Assembly: GCF_000150275.1 (NCBI RefSeq)
Contig: NW_002060945.1
Coordinates: 3,867,172-3,931,171 of the forward strand
Direction: 5' to 3'
Origin: Trichoplax adhaerens
Taxonomy: Eukaryota > Animalia > Placozoa
DNA: 64,000 nucleotides
Notes under the pieces: generated by a model
Database searches by the model: none
The model's input: the letters and a program-made list of their open reading frames with translations, nothing else
Told to the model about the DNA's origin: nothing
Made by a program: the position numbers and the translations under genes
Shown here: positions 1 to 11,127 of the stretch, piece by piece
Position numbering within the stretch: the first letter of the stretch is position 1
Layout: every line of letters begins with the position of its first letter

Positions 1-1399
1 TCATTAAATGGTATACTGGAAGTATTAGTATATCTATATTACTTACAGTACTATCAAGATGGTGAAATTCATCGCAGCGTTTGCGTTGCAGAAATGGAAT
101 AGGAATAGTGTCTAATATCGATGATGGTAGCATCCATTTTGAAAGCAAACTTAACGATGCTCCATCAGTAGGTTGTTTACAGTTTACTGGAGATGTAAAA
201 GAGAACTTTGTCGTACAGTATTTTTGCTTTCGACATGTAAAAACAAGCGCGTTCATATCGATTGCATCTACTCGTCAATGTATTCTACAGTGCAGTTAAT
301 TGAACGTGCTTGTTAAGTCATTTGGTAATACAGTCATTATCCTCAACTATTAGGGCATCACACAATGCAGTATCCATTCTAAAGCATGCTTGCAATATCA
401 GAACTAGCCTCTCATGCATTTTTTCCTCTGATTTTACATTAATTAGACATCTGATCATTTGAAATTTAAGACGATAAAATGATGCGTTGGTGATAGCGAA
501 TCCTATCGTAAAGCATACAAAGGGTTAAAGCACTTTATCGTTGAGCTATATCTACTATAACTGTCTTGCTTGAAAGTTAACATGTCAAGACAAGCTGACA
601 TTATACTGGCAAGACGCCAAAAGGACATCGATAAACTTGTCCAAGGGTAGAAAAATGAAAGCATTCCATAACTGCGTATTGCTTTTTACAGAGCAATGTA
701 GAGTACACTTGATGTTACTGTACAATTCAGTTTGAAAGAAGAAGAAAGCAATCCATGTCTTGATTGATTGATACAATAACCTAGTTTCACTCTCTGGTGA
801 ACTAGAAATGGAACATTTGTAGGCAAAAAGAGGAAAAAAAATAAAAAACTGCTGGACCTTCTGTGTTGCACGCAAACGAATGTCCACAAGCTGATGCCCA
901 AAATGCCTGGCTAGTCGATGCATCACAACACAAACCCTTCAATATGGATAAGTATTTATTCTCCCATCTATACTAATCTACAATCATTTACCTGCAAAGT
1001 TTATCTCTTCCGGCTGTTTGAGCTGCATATTTGACGTAGAATTCTGCATAAGACATGATGGATTACAATCTGCTGCTACGAGGAGTGTGGCGGAGATGGG
1101 AAAAAGGTCAAGCGAGAGCAATTTGCATTTGCTTACGGAGGTTGATCCAGGTCGACCGTCGACTACGTCCAGCATATCGACTGGAGCCTGACTTGATACG
1201 TTCCAGTAGCACGCCAATATTGATACAGAGGTCAAGCTGATGGTATTACTCTACCGTATCGTATTCATCGTCGTACATTCGACTCTACCCTCAGCTCGAC
1301 ACTAACTGCCCCGTTGCTTACCAAGCGCCATACTGCCACACTATCAAGCGCAACGAGTCTATGAAAGCGATCTTCATCCACTTGCATCATCGGGCCCAT
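1..1399 (-). pseudogene. Coding-like helical fragments, weakly resembling the rotatin (RTTN) N-terminus; structure unresolved, may run off the window edge
   Basis: Minus-strand segments MHRLARHFGHQLVDIRLRA (923-867) and RLVALDSVAVWRLVSNGAVSVELRVESNV (about 1360-1275) recall the rotatin N-terminal motifs LGHQLxEIRERA and LVDVGAV..SNV. GC is above background, but no clean spliced frame could be built. Confidence 0.3.
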
Positions 1400-1449
1400 T
1401 GCATCTATCCCATCCGTCCGTACTCGTATCATTGTAGCAGAAAAGCCCC

Positions 1450-1832
1450 TACAGTACTGTACTGTACAGTACAGTACAGTACAGTAAGCGTGAACAGGTA
1501 GAGGTACAGTACTTTGTACTGTACTGTTGTTGTGGGTAGGTGTGGCATAGGCGTGGCTGGTAGTCGATGTCCAAGTCCGAGCGTCCGTATACGGAGCGGT
1601 CTCATTCTGTACAGTACAGTGTACGCACGGTAGATACAATGCTAGCTAGATACTGTACACTGAACAATAGAGCGAATAATAGTACAAGTTTAAGACAAAA
1701 ACCCCCTACAAGTGCACATTCGCCATGAACATTCAAAATAGGTATACAGTACACTGTACTGTATGCTGTAATACTGTAGAACTACGTACTGTACATGTAC
1801 ACTGTAATACTGTACTGTACAACTGTACAGTA
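1450..1832. repeat. (CAGTA/TACTG)n mixed-orientation pentamer arrays
   Basis: tacagtactgtactgtacagtacagtacagtacagt at 1450-1485, with further arrays at 1505-1527, 1608-1660 and 1742-1832. Confidence 0.9.
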
Positions 1833-3521
1833 GGCCCAGCCATAATAACCCCGATTACTCAGATACTCAGCGTAAATAGCTTAAACGATGATACATTATT
1901 TGTACAGTACTGCATATTGAACATTCTATCTAAAAGCTAATGAAACAGCGAGCGTAATTAATATCCAACACTATCTGCAACAATAAGGTGGCCTGACTGT
2001 ACTGTACTGTACCTGTGTGGAAATCCCTTCCACAGGAAGGATTTCGCTGCCAAATTGCATAGTTTGACGGCTATCTCCTGCAACTGCAACATCTCTCAAA
2101 CATTTTAAGCTACAGCGATGCAAATCCTGCCCTTCTCCAGCAGCATTCTGTGCCAAACTGTGTACATTGCCTATTCTATTGTGATGCCCAAATCTAGACC
2201 AGGTAGCTCATAAAACCTTTCATCCTTTCACAATGATATTCCTCGCTAAATTTCATTTTTTTACGAGTATAGGTTATAATCTGGCCAATGCCCGAATAAC
2301 TATTCAAATTTGACCAATTTACCAGTAGCAATGATGACTACTGAATCTACCGAAGTACTGATGATGGTGTAAATAAAGGCCATAAATAGATAGGATTGAA
2401 ATGTTAATTCCGGCCTTGGTTAACTTGGCAGTCTGTCCATAACTTTACGCAAGCACAGCATACTACTGTATAGCTGTAATACGTATATGGCATATATGAC
2501 GTACAAATCACTCTAGCGAAAAATGCCAGTTTACTTCAAGATTAATTAAACGAATCTTCAGTATGAAAACCGCATCATTCCAAATGCTTTGAATGATGTA
2601 GTCACTAATACAATTACAATATTCCAATTTGGAAATCTACAAAAAAATTTCAGACATTCACTAATTTCGGAACTTGCGTGTAGAATAGGTGGAATATATA
2701 TATATACAGTAGTATATTGAAATATTTAATGAACATTACAGCAACACAGCACTATAGTGCGTATATAACTTAGAAGTGAATTAGACACCTGGCGATTACT
2801 TTAACTAACTTCAGAAAATACAAAATCTCGCTATAAACGATCATCTTTCCTGAGTACGTACATTAGCTATTCGAAACGCGTAAATAGGAAAATTCAAAAC
2901 CTTGACTTCATGACGTATCGAAATATCCACAAAATGACTAAGTTATCTGTTAGAAATATACGAAGAATCTGATACAGATCCAACGGCCTAGCGATAACAA
3001 AACTTTTAAAAAGGCTTTTACAAGGATTTATAGTCAGTAAGATTTTTTATTGTCCTATTCTACTTTTACAAGTTACAAAAATGAGACAATCAAATATTAC
3101 AGATAGTAGAAATTTGAATCTTTAATTGAAGAATAGAGGTCATAAATTAATAAACTATTTGTAAAAAATTGACTTCTATTAACTCAAGATGGGCGTTACA
3201 TTTAAGATGTACGTATGTACTGAGAACTGGTCGTATGTTATACGTTGCATAGCCACTTTTCCCATTGAGAAATCATTGACACTTTCGATTTTTCAGTTAG
3301 GAAAAATGTATCATCTTTAATTATAAATTTTGTCTTACGTGTAGATTATAGTGATGTAAATTTTGAATAAAATGTTTATAAATCAAAATGTTGCTATATA
3401 TTAATTAGAATGGCTAATATGACGATCATTTTTGACCAATATAAATTATCTATAGATAACGTATATTTCAATATTCATTTAATAATCGTTTCGTAAGTTG
3501 GAGCCAATGCTCCTTTTTTTT

Positions 3522-6193
3522 TTATCTCTTCTTGCTATATTTATTCCCAACAATCGCTGCGGTAGCATCTAACGATGGCAAACTGGAGATTTTTTCTCTT
3601 GATTTCATGCTTAGTTGTAGGCTAGGATAGTTTGGCTATAGAAAGAATTGATAGAAAATACAACTAAATATTTTTGTGTAAAAAGAAAGAGTGTCAAAAC
3701 GAAACAAAGTCCACAGAATTCTATCGTTTTCTTTACAATCATACTTGCTATCATTTAGAATCAATGATATTTTTGTAGATTTTTTAGTCAAGAAATAAGA
3801 ATGCATTTGAGCAGAGGTACTACTTTAAAAATGTTTATAGGGCAGAATTTTATGAATGCTATCCAGCCTATGTGGACTACTTAGTTTTATAATCACAACT
3901 TAAAACTAAAATCATTCTTAATTACAGTATAAATCCAATGCAATTTCTTATTGTAACTTTAATTGATAGTCATTTGATAATAGAAATATTTATGACTATA
4001 TCTTGAAGCATATTCCACTTAACTATGAAGTCATTAATTAAAGGGTGTGAAAAAGCTTTCTACTAACCAGTTTGATCGTCGTTTGGTCAATCAAGATGGG
4101 CTGTTGTTCTGCAAAGACCCTATTGTAATTGTCTTCCCTATTCAAAAGCTCCATCCTGAATTTCTGAATTTCCCTCTTTAGTTTGGCTATTTCATTTTCG
4201 TACTGTATAGATAAAAGAAATTGAAGCATATATCAATTAGCGTTGTTTGGTTTGTTACATAATTAATTAACATCATTAACTTGATAATGGGTTAAACTGA
4301 ACCACTGAAATCATTTTGGTGTTTTCTAACTATTTCTAGTTTGAAAAAGCTTTCAAGCAAGCTCCTCAGATTGAAAGATATTTTTTCTTCATATTATAAT
4401 ATGTAGTGATTTAAAGTTAAAGAAAATTGAGCTAAAAATTTTTAAGGTACACCATCTTAGGCGATGGAGAGATAGAGAAGACCTGGACCCCCGCGAAAAA
4501 TAATAACAAAAAGATAATGGACCAATCGCGAATCGCGCATACATTATTGCATAAATATATATAGAGAATTTCAGAGTCGAAACGATATATATATTTCTTT
4601 GCGCTCGCGCGGCGTATATATCCGATTTTTAGTGTTTCATTTTTTATTTCCTTTTATTATCTTTTTGTTATTATTTTTCGCGGGGGTCCAGGTCTTCTCT
4701 ATCTATGGAGCAGAGTGACTTAAAGCTTGAAAGTTTCTAAATATGCACCTTCAATTTTTTTTAATCTATATCATACTAAACAGTAAATTAAAGCGGTAAA
4801 ACGGTCTAGACTGAAAATCCTTAAAATGTTCTCCTTAAAAAATTTTAGACTCTACGATTATATTGTACAACATACTAGACTAAAGCAACATTTTAAAAAA
4901 TTTTCTGGAATACATCTTTGAATACTTTAATGTTCTATATCCTATTAGACAACAGACTATATCGATAAAATACTACCTAAAGGTTTTTAAAAGTACTATT
5001 TGAAGGGTCATTTTTTACTGCGATTATGATATTAAATAAAGTACACTAGAGCAAGAAATTATGACTAAAAAAGTTTCATACAAATGCTCATCCCTTTACA
5101 AAGTTTTACTTTGCTGTATAAAGTTGGAACAACAGTAGACTAATTCAGGGAGAAAAAATTGTAACAAGCGTACAGTTATATGGTTATCATGTTCTAGGAT
5201 GGCTAACAAATATTAGCGTTAAAGATGCTCCAAAATTATCAAATAGCAAGTCGAAACTCATTCAATATGACTTATGACAAGTGACTTACCTTCTGCGTAA
5301 CTCGATATACCTCTGATTTAGGTGAAATTCGATTTTTATCTTCTAGCTTACGCTTTAATGTTTTAATATCAGCTTCAAGTTTTTTCACCTTATTTTGATT
5401 GGCTTCTTTACTTTGTCTTACTTCTGTAATATTAATTAATAGAGTAATGGTAAGTTTTAGCTGATCTACACTGATTAACTTGCAATCGATTCAACTAAAA
5501 GGTATTGGTAAACATTACATTCACAACTTGATTAGTAAAACCACAGTACATTATAATCTAAATGAATATTTTACGAGGCATCGAACCGTTTAATTCCTTG
5601 GTCAATGATTCTATCTGTTGGGTTGTATCTTTACTTGAATCTTTTAAATTTTCGGTTAAATCATGTATTCTATTTTTGGCTTTCTTCAGCTCTTGCTTTA
5701 AATCTTCAATTTCTTGATTAAGTTTAATATCAATATCGTCACGTTCGCTGCTTAATTCGCCAATATCTTTATTCATTTTTTGAATGAGTTTATTACGTTC
5801 TTCCCTCAACGATTTAACTTCAAAGTTTAAAGATTCATTATCTCGCACTAGTTGATTTCTTTGGTCAATAAATGATAAATCTTTTTTATTTAAAGCCTCA
5901 TCTCGCTCCAGTAATTGTTGCGAATATTCTTCATGGAGTTGCTGTAATTCACTCTGATGAGCTTGTTGCTGCTGAATATTATCATTTTCTAACTTACTGA
6001 TTCTTGTTTTAGCATCAGCAATCACAATAGCAATTTCTTTCTCGTAGGCCTCTTTGACAGCTTCGACTTCCAACTCCTTTTCGCGATTTTTTGTAAATAA
6101 TAAGTGGACCACTTTGGTTAATTCCGCTACCTTTTTAGACAATCGAAATTGTAATTCTTCTTGACTCATTAAAGATTTTTGAGAAGCCATCAT
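3522..6193 (-). CDS. FAM184: Short FAM184-family coiled-coil protein, 4 exons (6193-5587, 5423-5290, 4202-4068, 3635-3522), 329 aa
   Basis: N-terminal QEELQFRLSKKVAELTKVVHLLFTKNRE and C-terminal FRMELLNREDNYNRVF match the two conserved FAM184A/B blocks. The GT-AG junctions give a continuous 990-nt frame. Confidence 0.8.
4470..4704. mobile_element. MITE of 235 bp with 49-bp perfect TIRs and a 6-bp TSD (ATGGAG), in FAM184 intron 2
   Basis: agatagagaagacctggacccccgcgaaaaataataacaaaaagataat (4470-4518) is the exact reverse complement of 4656-4704. ATGGAG flanks it at 4464-4469 and 4705-4710. Confidence 0.92.
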
Positions 6194-9100
6194 TAAGCTC
6201 CTTGTCAGCCTTTTTATTGAAATTAAATAAACAAATGTGATTAGGTAGAAAAATAAGACTCAAATTGAAGGCTAACTTGTATATCATTATGAGAGAAAGA
6301 GGAAACAATTCAACTTGAAGTTTAATCTGCCATTGCTTCCTTTTTCTTACTATATCTGACCATTAGTTTACAATGATCAATCGTAACACTCAACTCGAAT
6401 AAAAAACTTTTAATCGAATCCTGACTGGTTTTGTTATTAATTTTCCGGTTTATTCCATTCACTGTTACTTTCTACTACATTACCGTTAAGAAATACTTCT
6501 ATTAACAACACACTAATCCTAACATCCGAATAATATAAAATTTAACAGAATATCGATCGCACTACGTAGTTTAAATAAGAGAAAAAAAACTAAATTACCT
6601 ATAGCTAGACCGATTTAATTTAGTTCACAATTACTTTAAGCGGCAAATAAAGTGAAGAAATCTAATTATTCTATATTGCGCTAATTTCAGCATTATTAAG
6701 ATTCTAGCACTATTTCTATCTACTGTAAAAAATTTTCAACAATAATGAAAAAAGGCGAGAAAAAAATAATTTTGATTATTCTTACGACTTACTTGTACTC
6801 ACCGACAATTGCGTGAAGTTTATTATCTTGTTATAGCGTTTAAATTAGCGTTAAAGTAGCTTTATCAGTTAAACCAATATTGTATTCACTATCCTCTTTG
6901 AGTAATTTTAAACTAATAAGCATTAAAAGCAAGCTTAGATATCTTGATTTTCTTCTTCATAAATTATCGTTAACGCCTGGTGGATACCATTAATTAATTA
7001 TCAAAGGTAGAATATATCAGCAGTGTCTATTCCATTTTGAATTACTTAAATTAAATGCTCAATGCTATCATAATCTTAGTAAAATGGGTCATCAAGTAAT
7101 GTACGTCTAATTTAGAAGTAATTATTCAAGTTAATGAGCGTTCGGTCTAGATCAATTTCCTACTACAAAAAATAGCTGCAAATAACCAAAAGATTACATT
7201 AATGTCAAGGCAAAGAATAATGTGGATCAAAGCGAGATTGTTGTAGTTTGATTATTGCTCAAGAGATCAATAGTATTTGCCTTGTTTCTAAGATCCAAAA
7301 CAAAGTTGCACTAATGTAATACAGATGTGATTTATTATTTGATCTATTCTTTCTATTGTAATGCAATCAATGGCTTGTTACCATGGATAACCATGGACTA
7401 ATTCATATTCCTATACGGTTTTCCATATTGCACTATTTATTCAATTCAAATTCAACAAACCATTTAATTGCTATTCAATTTTATTAATTAATGGATAAGA
7501 AGCTTTAGACAGTCTCTGGCATATTCTGCTCCGCAGTTATATGATAGGATTAAAGAATAAAAATTTAATTCTTACTAACGTCATTTTGCCACGTGATATG
7601 CGTAGTATCATTGCAATTAAACTATTTATTTTAGTTCGGTGTAATAACTTTGATGGATTGCGCGAAAGATTTTAGTTCCTTTGACGGGTTTAAACGACAT
7701 TTTATCAGTCTTGATATAACGTCGCTAATATTAGATACAATTTCGATGTTAATAGCTACTCTGAATCGATCCAATGACATCAAGTTTACTGTTTTATACA
7801 AAATACAATCTTCTATACATTACCGTAATGCTGCTCTACGCGCATACTAGATAAAAATTTCAAATGAAAATTAATAAGTAAAAATATACCATATCAGACC
7901 CTTTAGGCTAAAGGGCACTTGCAATCTTGTTAATTATAAACTATTATAGTATAAATCTTGCTGAGAGTTTAAGACACAGTAATTAAAACAAATACTAAAG
8001 CCTTTAATCTAGTTTATTCTATCTCTAGTAATTGATATCTGATGTATTAAGATCAAATTTGCTATTCACATGTAAATCAAATTGTACTATGCAGCTACTG
8101 TATCTTATAGCAAATATGTTAGTTTTTCATACGTTATTACTGTAGCTATAAATAAGAACGATACTATTCTTATGAGTAAGCTTGCTAATTAGCGACAGTC
8201 ATAGTACAAGTCTTATAAAGAATTCTAGTATATAGTAATTAATACGAAATATATCAAGTTTAAGATCATTAAGCAAATTACATCCTCTATACTATGCCAC
8301 CGCTGTATATTATAGGAGATATGTATTCCATTAACTGTAAAAAGCTATACACAGCTCGTAAAAGAAATTTCAATAGACGGAAACCGAAAACGTTGAAATT
8401 TCAAATTCAATTTAGTCAATTTAATGCAACAACACATGTGTACGTAATCAATATTAATTATGATGTGATGGCATCATATTCCATAATATACAGTATATAT
8501 ATAATCAAAGGTACCAGTATTTGGTTTGCAGTTTATGCAAATCAAATATATGCTGCCGCTGTATTTTGCATGCATATTCCTATTAACTGTCAATAATCGC
8601 AACGTAATCCAATTTTATGATTTTATATCACTAGAATAGTATAAATTATCTTATGAGACTGTAGAAACTTGATAGGGCTGTACACTTGTTTGTCTTTCAG
8701 GCTGCTTTAGTGTACGTTGCAGATAATATTAAATCCTTGGAAAATTCACTGTTAAAGCCACTGCGAGGATATTTGTTCTATAACTACTTTCTAAGACTTA
8801 GCCTAGAATGGCAATAAATTCTTGAATACATTTAAAGGTTAATTCTTGATCGTAGTAAATTCTAGCTCACCATTAATATGGTCTGAATTCCGGATACTAC
8901 TTAAAAAAATTAATCTCTTCACCTACCATGGAACCCAAGGGAGTTACAGCCTTGCTCATTATCTTTCTACTCATATATAAGGAAGGCAATCCATATTATA
9001 TTGGCTGGAAAATAACTCTTTCTGTAGTTAAATTCTTTTATACAAAAATGAAAACGTTGATAACTTCATTTATCGCACAAGCATAACAGTGAGATATTAA

Positions 9101-9971
9101 ACTGATAATTACCGTTAAATTTTAAAAATTATAAAAGTAAATATTACTAATTAATTACTCTGGTTATTACTCTAGCTAGGCATTGTTATACAGTAAATCC
9201 TGAATAAATATGAAATTAATGTGAAATATTTATCGAAATTTGTATTGCCATCATTATTGAACAACAGCTCGCAGTATAGTCGATGTTTGGCAGTAAACTG
9301 GTCAATACAATTTTCATGGTACTGTACATTTGTTTCAAGGATTTCGTGATTACAATAAATAATATATTTAATAAAATTTTATGCATCCTTCAATCCATCA
9401 TTGGGTAATAGATGTAGATTACTTATCACTAGTGGTATTCTATCATTATGAAGTATTTACATCTATAAATTAGTTCTTTGAAGTTTTAAAGCTTGGGTTT
9501 TACAACCTCTTAGGTTCGCAATCGCCTAACTCAAAATCTGAGTAAATCCCTAACTTGATACAAGATCATACAGTAATTAGCTGAATCTACTACAGAAGTG
9601 TTTTTTATATGTTTTTAGTAATGAGTTTACTTCGTGAGTAAGATTTATAACTGATATTTATTATTAACGATATTCCAAAGCATCGATAGGTGTAGTTACA
9701 CCTAGATCTGATTACAATTTATACTTCGCGCTACAATTAGCAAATTATTAGTCAGCCTTTTACAATCTTGTCGCCTACAGTATTACAAGCACTATCATGC
9801 AGTTATCATGTATGTACATACGAGTATAGTGTTTAATTCTTTTCATGTATTTAAGTGCAACATATATCGTAGCTAATCTATCACTATTTATATATATTCC
9901 ATAGTGAATCTAACTAATTGTATAACATTTTTGAATCTATTTTGTTAATTAGCTGTCAATCAGAGTTATAG

Positions 9972-10487
9972 ATGGTAGTGTTTGCGCCCTGTCACCTTGT
10001 TTGTATAGACATGCCACATATATTGATGGTTTTAATGGCACCTATACCTACACTTGTCCACAAGACTGGACTGGAAATCGTTACTATCAAGGTAAGACTG
10101 GACTGGAAATCGTTGCTATCAAGGTAACGCTCTAACAGTTAATATTCAAGCCAAATAATTACGAGTTCTAAGACAATATCACTATCATTAATGATGTATT
10201 TGAATAAGATATTGGTATCGATATCATTTATTTATAAATACGTTGGCTTTACCGTCACCTGCTGTTCGATAATAGGTGAATTTTAAATAATTTTAGGATA
10301 AAATCATCACAGAATATGGTAGTATTTTATTGGTTTTATCCCATCTTTTGCCAATAAATTGATAGATTTAAATAGTTGCCAGAGTAGTCCGTGTCAGAAT
10401 CATGGAACATGCATCAATAGATGGCCCTAATGGATGGATATAGCTGCCATTACCCACCAGACTGGACGGGAAACTACTGCTATCAAG
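9972..10487 (+). pseudogene. Two decayed orphan EGF-domain exons
   Basis: 9972-10091 reads DGSVCALSPCLYRHATYIDGFNGTYTYTCPQDWTGNRYYQ, with Tyr at three expected Cys positions. 10366-10487 reads DLNSCQSSPCQNHGTCINRWP* then, after a frameshift, GYSCHYPPDWTGNYCYQ. Both are bounded by AG and GT in phase 1. Confidence 0.8.
10062..10125 (+). repeat. 32-bp tandem duplication
   Basis: aagactggactggaaatcgtt(a/g)ctatcaaggt occurs twice with a single mismatch. Confidence 0.95.
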
Positions 10488-10781
10488 GTAACCTTGCGTT
10501 GGCTATCGATTTTTTTGTACCAAGGTTAACATACTAATGGTGTAACTGCATCTATGACAATAGTCTAATATTGCAATCACTTTCAGTTATTATATTATAA
10601 AAATTGATCTTCTATTTTAATAATTTTCCCTATATTTTATTTATCTAAGTTTGCTCAATTATGGTGATGCAATCATCATAGATTGTATGTACTGTTCGTT
10701 GTACCACTAGAGCATTAGTACTGTCCTGTATGGCCATTGGCCAATACTGGTAAATTGACTGCTACTGTGAATTTAATAGTC

Positions 10782-10995
10782 CACAGTGTACAGTACTGCT
10801 ACTAGCATGGATCATACTGTAGACTACAGTACAGTACTGTACATTCAGTTCAGTAGTCTATGATCCATGGTAGTAGTAGTCATTGATCGGTCTCTCCGTC
10901 TGTATACTGTAGAACAGTCTAACTACTGTACTTAGCTGTCAGCTAGCAGTAAATTTACTGTAGATGGTTTATGCGGTACTGTACGGTATTGTACA
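10782..10995. promoter_or_regulatory. CAGTA/TACTG array plus hairpin in the putative UBA6 promoter
   Basis: Dense cagta/tactg units end about 130 bp upstream of ATG 11128. Inverted arms at 10795-10816 and 10859-10880 match at 20/22. Confidence 0.5.
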
Positions 10996-11127
10996 ATATA
11001 CAAGTGCAGCAGTGGTAAAGGGGCACAGCAGAGCCTTGGTCGAAAATTGAACCTTCCGATTCGTCAAACTCCAAATTCAACATAGAAAATATTTACAAGA
11101 GTGATTTGCTGCTATACAGTTTCAAAA

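Noticed and set aside
1450-1832. Possible CRISPR-like or telomeric array
   Set aside because: There is no fixed repeat-spacer period, the unit is a 5-mer in mixed orientation, the context is eukaryotic, and it is not TTAGGG.
1265-1940. ORFs rich in YCTVLYCTVQY (also 28258-28488 and 54992-55291)
   Set aside because: They are translations of the CAGTA/TACTG pentamer repeat, not proteins.
4431-4849. Outer imperfect inverted repeat (ctaaaaatttttaagg / ccttaaaaaattttag) around the MITE
   Set aside because: Only about 16 bp of low-complexity A/T sequence with no TSD; could be chance.
7650-8596. Short ORFs between FAM184 and UBA6
   Set aside because: No recognisable motifs or splice context; composition matches background.
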